Made by a program: the position numbers and the translations under genes. A stretch of DNA of 55,712 nt from positions 1-55,712 of the forward strand of contig JALAGF010006362.1 of assembly GCA_030167865.1 (NCBI GenBank). Direction: 5' to 3'. Positions within the stretch are counted from its first letter, which is position 1; every line of letters begins with the position of its first letter. The DNA is from Craspedostauros australis (Eukaryota). Positions 13,308 through 23,200 of this stretch are shown one piece after another. Below the pieces are notes generated by a model. The model was not told the DNA's origin. It was given only the letters and a program-made list of their open reading frames with translations, and ran no database searches.

Positions 13308-15200
13308 ATGCTTTATATCCCAATGAACGTTGGACCCGGCAGATTCCTTTGTCCACATCCACGCCCTCGTGCAAGTGCAAGTATTCCGCCTATACTGCTG
13401 CTAGCACTGATTGCAACGTCCTCATGTCAGATGGGACGCTCGTGCGCCTTCTCGCGTGCATTTCATGATGCTCATACCAGCAGGCGATGCTTTTTCCAGC
13501 ATCCGCTACCAGCGACGCAGCAATATTGCCGACATGCTCAAGACTTGGGAGTCCCTTTCGCTGGCACCGGCAATGACGGAAGATGGAACTGGTGCAGAGG
13601 TCATCTCCTATCGAATTCCAAGCCAGGCTCGATCTTTGGCGCAGCTTCTCGAGGTTCTCGCACTGCCAGATTCAGCAGCAGCAGCAGCAGCAACGGTAGC
13701 ACCAGCAAGAAGAAGAACATCATCCGATCAACCACCAACGAATCAGCAACGATACAATTCAACCACGCGGGCGCATCTCCGTCGCCTCCAAACGTTCTGC
13801 GGCGTCTACATGAGCATTTGGACTTGGAGGAGTCGTTGGGTGGATACGCTGCCGCTGACGCGGTGCATGCCGAACTGAGCCAAGTATACACCGACATTGC
13901 AGCGCTCATCCATGCAGAAGACGAGCATGAAATTGCTCTGACGGAGAGCGCAACGGTGGCATGGACACGTGCGTTTTATGCCATGGCAGAAATGAAGCGC
14001 AACGAGTTGGAAAAAGCCTCATCAACATCATCGCCATTGTCGCTGCCAAAGCAGAAACCAACGATCCTCATCAGCGATGCTGAATACGCAGCCAACGTTG
14101 TTGCCGTCTGTGATTATGCCACGAGGAACGATTGGAACGTGCTCTCGATTCCATCATCCAAGGTAGCTGCATCGGCATCGGCATCGTCATCGTCATCGGC
14201 GCTGTTCGGAGCATCAAATGATTCAATCGGAGAAGGCGCGACGACAAGCACAGGGATTGTGGATGTGAATGTCCTGGAAGCAATGCTGGAAGGCAGCTAC
14301 GTGTACCGGGTGGATGAGAAGCGCAAAGAGTTGCTGGATCCATCCTGCATCGCCATGGTATGCATCACGCACATCCCGACCAACTCTGGCATCGTCAATC
14401 CGGTAGACAAGATCGGAACTGCAATCGCCAATTTCAATGCACAGCAGGGTGGAGCAACGCCAGCAATCCTCTACTTGGTCGACGCCTGTCAATCTGTGGG
14501 ACATCTGGACGTCGATGTGCAGGAGATTGGGTGTCACGCCCTCATGGCGACGGGTCGCAAATATCTGAGAGGTCCCAGGGGCACCGGGTTTCTGTACATG
14601 CGGAATGACATCGCAAACACCATCCTGCCAAATCACGTGGATCACTTCGGTGTGCCCATTGCGCATGTCCCGACATCCTACCGAGATGGTGTGCTGGTCC
14701 AGGATGCCATCTCCGTGATTCCTCTTCGAGGAGCGCGGCGGTTCGAGTTCTGGGAGTCCAACATCGCATCCCGTTTGGGCCTTGGCGAAGTCGTGAGGTA
14801 CGCATTGCGGAAAGGCATCGATAACATCGAACGGGATATCACGACGCTGTCGTCGGAAATGAGAACGAAGCTCTCACAAATACCAAACGGCGCCGTCATC
14901 ATACACCACCCCAACACAACGACATGCGGCATCGTGACATTCCATGTGAGCGGTATCGCATCCAGTATCCTCAAATACGAGCTATCTCAAAGCGGTTACG
15001 TGACGAGCACGGTCCCGGCAACTTCTACTCCGCTTGATTCCGCCAACGCCGGCGTCCCGGATTTACTGAGGGCGTCCATCTCGTACACCACCACAACCAG
15101 AGAGATCGACGCATTCGTTCGGAGCCTGTCCGATATCATTGATTGCCACTTCCATCCTCATGATGATGATGATGATGGTGGTGGTGCATCTCGTTCATGA
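13308..15200 (+). CDS. PLP-dependent aminotransferase class V / C-S lyase-like enzyme, probably organelle-targeted
   Basis: 'FNHAGASP', 'EIALTESATVAW', 'THIPTNSGIVNPV', 'LVDACQSVG', PLP-lysine motif 'ATGRKYLRGPRGTGFLY', 'ARRFE', 'LLRAS'. N-terminal hydrophobic stretch followed by 'SCAF'. Confidence 0.88.
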   Translation: MLYIPMNVGPGRFLCPHPRPRASASIPPILLLALIATSSCQMGRSCAFSRAFHDAHTSRRCFFQHPLPATQQYCRHAQDLGVPFAGTGNDGRWNWCRGHLLSNSKPGSIFGAASRGSRTARFSSSSSSNGSTSKKKNIIRSTTNESATIQFNHAGASPSPPNVLRRLHEHLDLEESLGGYAAADAVHAELSQVYTDIAALIHAEDEHEIALTESATVAWTRAFYAMAEMKRNELEKASSTSSPLSLPKQKPTILISDAEYAANVVAVCDYATRNDWNVLSIPSSKVAASASASSSSSALFGASNDSIGEGATTSTGIVDVNVLEAMLEGSYVYRVDEKRKELLDPSCIAMVCITHIPTNSGIVNPVDKIGTAIANFNAQQGGATPAILYLVDACQSVGHLDVDVQEIGCHALMATGRKYLRGPRGTGFLYMRNDIANTILPNHVDHFGVPIAHVPTSYRDGVLVQDAISVIPLRGARRFEFWESNIASRLGLGEVVRYALRKGIDNIERDITTLSSEMRTKLSQIPNGAVIIHHPNTTTCGIVTFHVSGIASSILKYELSQSGYVTSTVPATSTPLDSANAGVPDLLRASISYTTTTREIDAFVRSLSDIIDCHFHPHDDDDDGGGASRS

Positions 15201-18200
15201 CCGTAACAACGCGCTGCATGTAGTTGAGGATAGACATTCGATAAAAGTCCATGGCCCTGTAGTGGTTGCGGATACCCTGTTCTCCACGCACAATGAACTT
15301 ACTTTGCAGGTTCGTATCCGTGAGCTGATTCAACCGTTCCGTCAACATCTCCAACGCGCCTTGATGGCTTTCCAAAATTGTGAGCGTGCTTGGGTCGTGT
15401 CGTCGAGCGTACGTCGCGACGTAGGAATGCTTCAAGAACCGCCGCGCGTCCACCAACACCAACATAGCGCTCAAGGCCGTGGACCTGGCAGCACTGCCGT
15501 GACCATCTTCTTCTTCTTCTTCGTCGTCGTCGGCGTTCATGTCATGGTCATCCTTCGCATCTGCGTTGGGAAGTGAAGAGAGCTGACCCATCTCAACCTC
15601 CATGTGATCGGCATGGCCTTGTAAATCGAGGATCTGCTCCGACACAAAGGCCTCTGCTTGGTTGTGCGAGTCGTACCGATCCGATGCGAACAGAGCCCAG
15701 CGTTTATCGCTCGCTTCACTGTCCGCCTTCCCGCCCATGTCCTGCAACGGATCGTAACGATGGCACACATGATCTTCGGAATGGCGACGCAGCTTGGACA
15801 GGCACAGCCAGCAGAACTGCGTGCCGCAATTTTCGCACACCATGTGGTTGCATCCCTGGCTCTTCTCAATTGGGACCTGGCAGCCCGGACATGGCTTGGC
15901 GTGTTTCTTGATCCACAGATCCGACGACTTGAACAATCGATTCCATTCAACGAAATCGGCGCATGCTGCTGGCTGGTGCGGTTCGTTCCCGCAATCGAAA
16001 CAGAAAGATGTCTTGCATTGCGTGCAGGTGACACCAGTGGCAGTGCCCCTGCTGCTTGATTTGGAAGAAGCTGTTGGCGTTGCGCACGTCGCGACCATGG
16101 TGCAATCCGGACCTGGGCACTGCCTGTGCATCGAACTTCTCTGCAAGAACAGCTCAAAGAAGGAACGGTCCCAAGCAAGCTTCATCTTCGGGTTGTGAGT
16201 CGCCATTTCGGTTGGAGTCATGCGCCGGGGACAATTGTGATGTGGGCACGTGGCTTGCAGAAGTTTGGAATGGCCGTCATGCGCCAACGAAGCGATGTAC
16301 TCCGCCGTGCAGGATGTGCAAAAGACATGGTCGCAGTTGGAGATACCAACACGAGGTGTGCTGTGGGTGTTATCCGTGATGTCATCGTAGCAGATTCCAC
16401 ATACAGGGGTGTCAGGGGCAGCCTCCTGGGCCTCAAGTTGTATGTTTGCATCATCTAATTCGACACCGCATGCTGCCAATGCAGCAGAGGCATCACCCAC
16501 GGCGTAAGCTCCCTTCAGTTCACGAACGGAATATTCATTATCGTGCAACAATAACTTGGCCGCATCCAACGGTATGCGATACGTCCGTGCAACATCATCG
16601 CATAGCGATTGCAGTTCCATCTTCAGCATCATGGCATCGCTTTCTACCATCGTGTTGAAGAACTCTGCCTTGCGCATGCACAGCGTCCTCTGCTTCAGCC
16701 TCTTCTGCACTTCGGCGATGGATGGCCCGAGCTTGCGAATGATGCGTTGGACCACGAAATCGGGCTCGTCGTGCAGATAGCTGGCGAGGTAGCATGCTGC
16801 TTCCGGATCCATGCCATCCACGAGATCCGTGATCCAATGCGCCGCCACGATCTTGGCATCTCGTGACAGCGAACTTATGGCACCCAGCAGAGCCGGGAGA
16901 AGCGGGACGATCTTGTGCTGTCGCTGTCGCTGGTGTGTTGTGGTGGCGGTTCGTGCGCCTGTGGGAACGATGCCGAACTCCTTCTGGTACAGCGGCAGGA
17001 GCACCTCCAGGGTGTGCGCTACCGTCGGTTGCATGAAATCCTCCTCGAACATGGCGCATTTCAGTAGCAGCATCGGCATTTCAAAGATGCGCTGCTTATC
17101 GCCGAGGCACGCCGGGGCGAACGTCTGGAGTAGCCGGTGCGCGCACTTTCGGGCACGGACGGAATCGTCGCTGCGGAGGTGCCACTTCTTTTGGGACAGA
17201 CGGCGATCGTGCAGCAACCTGTCTACGTCCCTGCGACGGTCGAATGGAAGCGGGACACCCAGCGGATGTTGCCTGTTGCGATTGCGTTGGACCTGCCGTT
17301 CTATGCTGCTTTCGCCAGCATCAATGACGACGAGCAGAACGTGCCTGCATGCATCGATGGTGGCTCGAGAAACGAGGGACGTTATCGATGAGGTTGTATC
17401 GTTGTTGCCAATGATTCTATCGCCGCCGCAGTCACCGTCACTGGCAGCTGGCACGGATGCTTCGTCCGTATGAGGTTGTGAGTCAGGACTTGTGGATGGG
17501 GTTTGCTCCTTTTGAATTGTTGACTTTTGCCTTGGCCTCTTCTTCGCATCCTTGTGATGCGTCATGTTCCGCCTGGTTGGTCTCGTGTTGCTTGCGACCA
17601 CCTCGTTGTTTGGCGGTTCTCGTACAAAGTGCCGCACAAGAACGTCCATGAACTGCACCGCAAAGTACGCGCTCTTCTTGTTCTGCCCCGCGATGATCTT
17701 GATCAACCCCAACACCAGACGTATCGCGGCATCGTCGATGTTGCTGGGACTGCCATCGGCATTCCTTGCTGCCCATGGCTGCAGCATGATGCGCTCGGAC
17801 AAGAACTTCATCACCCGCGTCGCCACGCCAGATGGCAACGGTGCCCGCTGCAAGGAGTTGCGCTCATCCTCGCCAGGCAGCGGGCCCAGGACGCTCTCCC
17901 AAATGGGGGCGTTGCCCTGCTGGATGTGCTCGTCCAGGGCTTTGTTTTCGCCTCGGTGCCCGACGAGAAGGATGAGGAGGGAAGAGAGCAAGGGCATCGA
18001 ACACAGGAGACGCGTGGTTGGCATCTTGCGTGTGGGGATCTGCGTTGCATCGGGCCGCAGAGACAGTGGGATTGGCGATTCCGACTGAGAAACGAAGGAC
18101 ATCGCCAAGCTGCCGCGCACCGAGTCCGTCGCAGCAAGGAGGATGGAGAGTAGCAACGCCCGATCGTGGTTCCGGCCCTGCAAGAGGCATTGATTCGGAG

Positions 18201-19263
18201 GCCAGATGGCACATCGCAGACAAGCCAGCTGCAGCTGGCGCAGGTGCGACGGGTTGGCGGCGAGGTAGTCACGAGGTACGCAAGTTGTCATGCGCTGTTC
18301 TCCAAGATCCGACATCCCGCTGGCAGCATGCAATGATCGATGCCGATCCCACGAGTTCGGCCAGTAGAGCAGCACGTCCAACAGCAGATGGAACAGACCC
18401 CGGCCGTCCCTGGTCGCCGCCTCGACTGCTTCCGCAGAGATCAGCGACGGCCACGAGGCGAAGGGCTGCAAATGCCAGCCGAAATCATTCCCCGTCGTGG
18501 TCTTGTCGAAGTCGAAGGCGGGCCGGGAGCCGCACATGATTGAGATGGTTGCCAGCAGGATGGAACTCGCCATCTTCCAATGCGTGGCGGCCCTGAACTG
18601 CGTGTCGTTCTCCAGATCGCCATGCAACCTATCCACCAAACGAATTAAAACCGGGAACGTGGATTCTGGCATGGACTCCTCGTACAGCCTCGAGATGCCC
18701 AGCTGCAGGAATGACAGGATCCATGTCAACGAGACCCCACGGCTGCTCTCCACTATGCCCAACAACGACCGCGTCCAGTTGCAGCAGATCATCGTGGCAT
18801 CTCCACGAATGCGTTCCATCGCATGGTTGAGGATTCCGAAGGATTCCTCCCGTATCCTGGAGTGCAGGTTCCCTATTTCCTCTGATCCTCCGAAGTCGTG
18901 GTTCGGGAGCCTCGAAGTTGCGTGGGCAGCTGGTCGAGCGGCCGGTTGAGCCAGATCTGCCTGATTGTCATGATCCTGGCGGCCACGGTCGTTGTCGGTA
19001 ACTCCTGCTGCGAGAACGCCCGACGGCGCAGTGGAAGGCGACCTCCGAGCGTACGAGTGCGAATACATTGCGGATGTGTTTTCGTCGATCCTCCTCATGA
19101 TCTTCGGCAGCAAGTTCGTGAGAACGCGCGGCAGTCGATCATTCGGAGACTGCGCCAAACGGTTCCTCACACGTACGAGGGTCGCAAGCTCATCCTCCAG
19201 CTTCCCTCGCGGACTTGACGGCCCATCCTGCGACAACGATCTTGGGTTCATCATCAACCACAA
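15136..19263 (-). CDS. Ariadne-type RBR E3 ubiquitin ligase with a long ECM29-like helical N-terminus
   Basis: RING1 'CGICYDD...CDHVFCTSC...CPHHNC'; IBR 'CPGPDC...CTQCKTSFCFDCGNEPHQPAAC'; RING2 'KPCPGCQVPIEKSQGCNHMVCENCGTQFCWLC'; Ariadne tail 'ARRFLKHSYV...QGALEMLTERL'. Single 1375-aa ORF. Confidence 0.9.
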   Translation of the reverse strand: MWLMMNPRSLSQDGPSSPRGKLEDELATLVRVRNRLAQSPNDRLPRVLTNLLPKIMRRIDENTSAMYSHSYARRSPSTAPSGVLAAGVTDNDRGRQDHDNQADLAQPAARPAAHATSRLPNHDFGGSEEIGNLHSRIREESFGILNHAMERIRGDATMICCNWTRSLLGIVESSRGVSLTWILSFLQLGISRLYEESMPESTFPVLIRLVDRLHGDLENDTQFRAATHWKMASSILLATISIMCGSRPAFDFDKTTTGNDFGWHLQPFASWPSLISAEAVEAATRDGRGLFHLLLDVLLYWPNSWDRHRSLHAASGMSDLGEQRMTTCVPRDYLAANPSHLRQLQLACLRCAIWPPNQCLLQGRNHDRALLLSILLAATDSVRGSLAMSFVSQSESPIPLSLRPDATQIPTRKMPTTRLLCSMPLLSSLLILLVGHRGENKALDEHIQQGNAPIWESVLGPLPGEDERNSLQRAPLPSGVATRVMKFLSERIMLQPWAARNADGSPSNIDDAAIRLVLGLIKIIAGQNKKSAYFAVQFMDVLVRHFVREPPNNEVVASNTRPTRRNMTHHKDAKKRPRQKSTIQKEQTPSTSPDSQPHTDEASVPAASDGDCGGDRIIGNNDTTSSITSLVSRATIDACRHVLLVVIDAGESSIERQVQRNRNRQHPLGVPLPFDRRRDVDRLLHDRRLSQKKWHLRSDDSVRARKCAHRLLQTFAPACLGDKQRIFEMPMLLLKCAMFEEDFMQPTVAHTLEVLLPLYQKEFGIVPTGARTATTTHQRQRQHKIVPLLPALLGAISSLSRDAKIVAAHWITDLVDGMDPEAACYLASYLHDEPDFVVQRIIRKLGPSIAEVQKRLKQRTLCMRKAEFFNTMVESDAMMLKMELQSLCDDVARTYRIPLDAAKLLLHDNEYSVRELKGAYAVGDASAALAACGVELDDANIQLEAQEAAPDTPVCGICYDDITDNTHSTPRVGISNCDHVFCTSCTAEYIASLAHDGHSKLLQATCPHHNCPRRMTPTEMATHNPKMKLAWDRSFFELFLQRSSMHRQCPGPDCTMVATCATPTASSKSSSRGTATGVTCTQCKTSFCFDCGNEPHQPAACADFVEWNRLFKSSDLWIKKHAKPCPGCQVPIEKSQGCNHMVCENCGTQFCWLCLSKLRRHSEDHVCHRYDPLQDMGGKADSEASDKRWALFASDRYDSHNQAEAFVSEQILDLQGHADHMEVEMGQLSSLPNADAKDDHDMNADDDEEEEEDGHGSAARSTALSAMLVLVDARRFLKHSYVATYARRHDPSTLTILESHQGALEMLTERLNQLTDTNLQSKFIVRGEQGIRNHYRAMDFYRMSILNYMQRVVTVMNEMHHHHHHHHHEDGSGNQ

Positions 19264-20213
19264 CGCACTACGTGCAGATTAATATTATATTATGTGATGT
19301 TATGTGATGTTGTATAATATCTGTATTCGTATTTGTATTGTGCGACAGAGCAGTACGATCCAGAGAGAGGAGTCTCCCAGAGATCAGAATGGGGTGAAGT
19401 GCGACCACAACCCATCAGCACGGTGCTCTGTGGAGCGTTCTTGTTTGGGATCGTGTAGCACAAACGAACGCAAATTGCCTCCACCATCTCCTTCCGCGCA
19501 ACGTGCTTCTCCACGTCTTGGGTTTGATCTCGTTTGGTTGCGTTCGTGTGGGTCGACTCGATTTGTGTTCGTCCATCGAAGAACATCGTGCCAATCGGGC
19601 ATCACGACTCGAACGGGTCTCGAAACAATCCCTGGTTTGGATCCATTGAATCGAGTGTCGGATGCACATGTTTCATCCATGTGGCTTCGATGAAATTGTA
19701 TTCATGAACCAATGTTGTATAACCTGACTGGCGCTGCAGCGATAGCGGTTGCTGCTCACATTTTGAGGCAAACGATCATGAGGCGATTTGGCGAGAGACG
19801 CGGACAGGGAACAAAAGGACCACACAGAGAAGAAATGTCTTTTTTGTGGATTCTCTCAGCTGATGGCATCGCGTCACATCGCATGTCGTCTCGTCGTGCT
19901 GCACCATCACATGATCATCATGAATGATGGTCTGGTGGTCGGATCTCAAAGGGAACAGAGAGGATACAGGTGTGCATGCCCATCGTGTCAAGGACGAAGA
20001 CCCATCAACAAGTCATCCATCAGATCAATCATCAACCGAAGAGGAATGAACATCCAGATCAAACCTGTCATCAGTTCACAAAATCAAGCGACGCGCCGAT
20101 CATCGAATTGTGCAGCGCCTTCGACAACCCATCAGGTCCACCTTCTTCCCTTTCCATTGCATCCCAGCGCGTCTCATCCTCTTCCGAAGCTATCCATCAT
20201 CCATCCATCTACC

Positions 20214-23200
20214 ATGACATTGACAATGCAACGACTGACTACGATCCTTTTGCTGGCGTTCCTCGCACAGCCAGCATCCGCAGGCTTCTTCGATTTGGGC
20301 AAAAGGCAACAGGAAAGCGCCAGCAGCGATGACGCCGCTCCAACAAACGTCGGCATGATCAACGATGCGCGTGTCGCCGATGCCAACACCATCAGGGAAA
20401 ATCGTTTGCCGCCCTTCTTTGATCCATTCTTTGGCATCCCGGCACCCACCTCCGCGCCGACTGATGGGCCCACGGCATCACCAACCGGATCGCCAACCGC
20501 GATGCCCACGATGGCACCGACTGCGTACCCAACAACCCAACCCACTGCCTCGCCCACGAGGTTGCCCACGAGGACACCGACTGGGCTGCCAACTGTGTCG
20601 CCGACACGATCGCCTACCAGGGCGCCAAGCGCAGCACCAACAAGGGCGCCAACAGTATCTCCAACTGGATTGCCAACTGGATTGCCAACTGGATTGCCAA
20701 CTGGATTGCCAACTGGAGTCCCAACGGAGCTTGCTCTCGAACCACCGACAGCAGTACCAACCCGACCTCCAACCGTGCATCCCACTGCTTTCCCAACCGC
20801 ATTTCCAACCGCAACGCCAACGGTGCATCCCACGGCTTTCCCAACTGCATTTCCAACCGCATCTCCAACCGCAACGCCAACGGTGCATCCCACTGCTTTC
20901 CCAACCGCATTTCCAACCGCAACGCCAACGGTGCATCCCACGGCTTTCCCAACCGCAACGCCAATCGCTTCGCCAACAATGCAACCAACAGCAGCACCAT
21001 CCGAGGGTACCGGACCAAGAATTGGAATTACGACCCCGAGCCCTGTGGCAGTCCAAACATCCTCTCCAACCAGTCGCCGCACCATGCTCCCAACCAGCGT
21101 TCCGACTACAACTGTGACGGGCATTCCAACCGCACAGCCTTCTCGCGGAGCAACTCGCAACCCCACTCATGCGCCAACTGTTTCCCCAAATGCAAGTGCA
21201 ACCGCAAATCCTACCTCGAGCCCAACCAAGGGAGCAATCAACACCAGTGGACCAACGGCTGCACCAACAGCCAAGCAAACCTTGATGCCAACGACAACGC
21301 CAACCATGACGCCCACGGCCAGACCCACAACACGACCATCACTCGCACCGACCATCGCGCCAACTAGGCTCCCAACTGCCTCTCCGACGCGAAGCGCCAC
21401 CGCCAGCCCGACCCATGCGCATTCCACGATGCCGACTGTTTCGCGCACCGATGTTCCGTCGACAATGCCAAGCAGCGCAACCCACATGCCAACTCTGTCG
21501 CCAACATGGATGCCAGCTTCGTCACAGACCCACATGCCAACGAACAAGCCATCGGCGTTGCATTCCGTGCATCCATCCGTGTCGCCATCATCACTGCCAA
21601 CCAGACAACCAACAGCAACACCAACCTCCGGCCCCACCACAGCACCGACGGTGTCTCCAACAGCATGGCCCACGTCGAGACCAACGATGGTGCCAACGAC
21701 TGCGCCAACAACTGCGCCAACAACTGCGCCAACAGCGCCAAGTAATGAGGGCGTGACAATCTTGACGAATGCCCCAACGGCAACGCCATCAGCAATGCCC
21801 ACAAGCCAACCAACGGTCGCACCAACTGCATACCCAACGGTGGTGCCAACGGTCCTTCCAACTGCGCATCCAACCACATCCCCAACCACCGCACCAACTG
21901 AATACCCGACAGCACACCCCACAGCATACCCCACTGCCACCCCCACCCGGGCCTCACCTGATGTGGTGACAACTGGTCTGCCGACATCACAGCCAGCTCA
22001 TGCCCCCACAAGCGCACCAACAAACAACAAAATTACCGGAGAGCCCACCGGATCAACCAGCGCAAGCAGAACAAGCAGCCCAACGCAGATGCCGACAGTC
22101 TCTCTCACAACACAACCAACATCGAGACCGACAGCAGCACCAACCGCAGGAACAATTGCTGGACCAACCGCAGCACCGACAGCAGCACCAACCGCAACAC
22201 CGACAGCAGCTCCCACCGCGGCACCAACCGCAGGACCAGCCGCAGGACCAACCGCAAGACCAACCACAGGACCAACCGCAGGATCAACCGCTGCACTAAC
22301 TGCAGGACCGACAGCTGGCCCACCCACAGGATCAACCGCAGCACCGACAGCAGCACCGACAGCAGCACCGACAGCAGGACCGACAGCAGGCCCAGCCGCA
22401 GGACCAACCGCAGGACCAACCGCAGGACCAACCGCAGGATCAACCGCAGGACCAACAGCAGGACCGACAACAGGCCCAGCCGCAACACCCGCCGCAGGAC
22501 CAACCACAGGACCAACCACAGGACCAACCACAGGACCAACCACAGGACCAACCACAGGACCAACCACAGGACCAACCACAGAACCAACCACAGGACCAAC
22601 ATCGGACGCCACCAAGGGACCCACTGGTTCACCATCGATGCCATTTGACCGCACACTCTTTCCAACTGCAGCCCCCACCGTTGCACCAACGGCAAATGTC
22701 GCACCAGGTCAAACTTCGTCTCCCACGACGCTCCCCAATGTGTCAACGACTGCAACACCAACGGCATCGCCAATGGCATCACCAACAGCATCACCAACAG
22801 CATCACCAACAGCATCACCAACAGCATCACCAACAGCATCGCCAACAGCACCGACTTTCCCGACATCTGCGCCAACCCTTCAACATGGTGGCATGCCAAC
22901 AGCATCGCCACAAGCATCAGCTTCGTACACACCAACTGTAATCCCGACCAGTTCACCAACCAGCGGGCTAACCAGCGGGCTAACCAGCGGACCAACCAGC
23001 GGACCAACCAGCGGACCAACCAGCGCACCAACCAGCGGACCAACCAGCGGACCAACCAGCGGACCAACCAGCAGGCCAACAGAATTGTTTGTGCCTCGGG
23101 TCCCCTTGCCGCCAACAGCATCGCCAACCGCAGCTCCAACCACAGCCCCAACAGCAGCTCCTACTTTACGGGTTGTCAATGATTCCACCAGCGAACCATC

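Noticed and set aside
19788..20213. 142-aa N-terminal extension of the mucin ORF
   Set aside because: A clear signal peptide begins at ATG 20214; the upstream part looks like 5' UTR.
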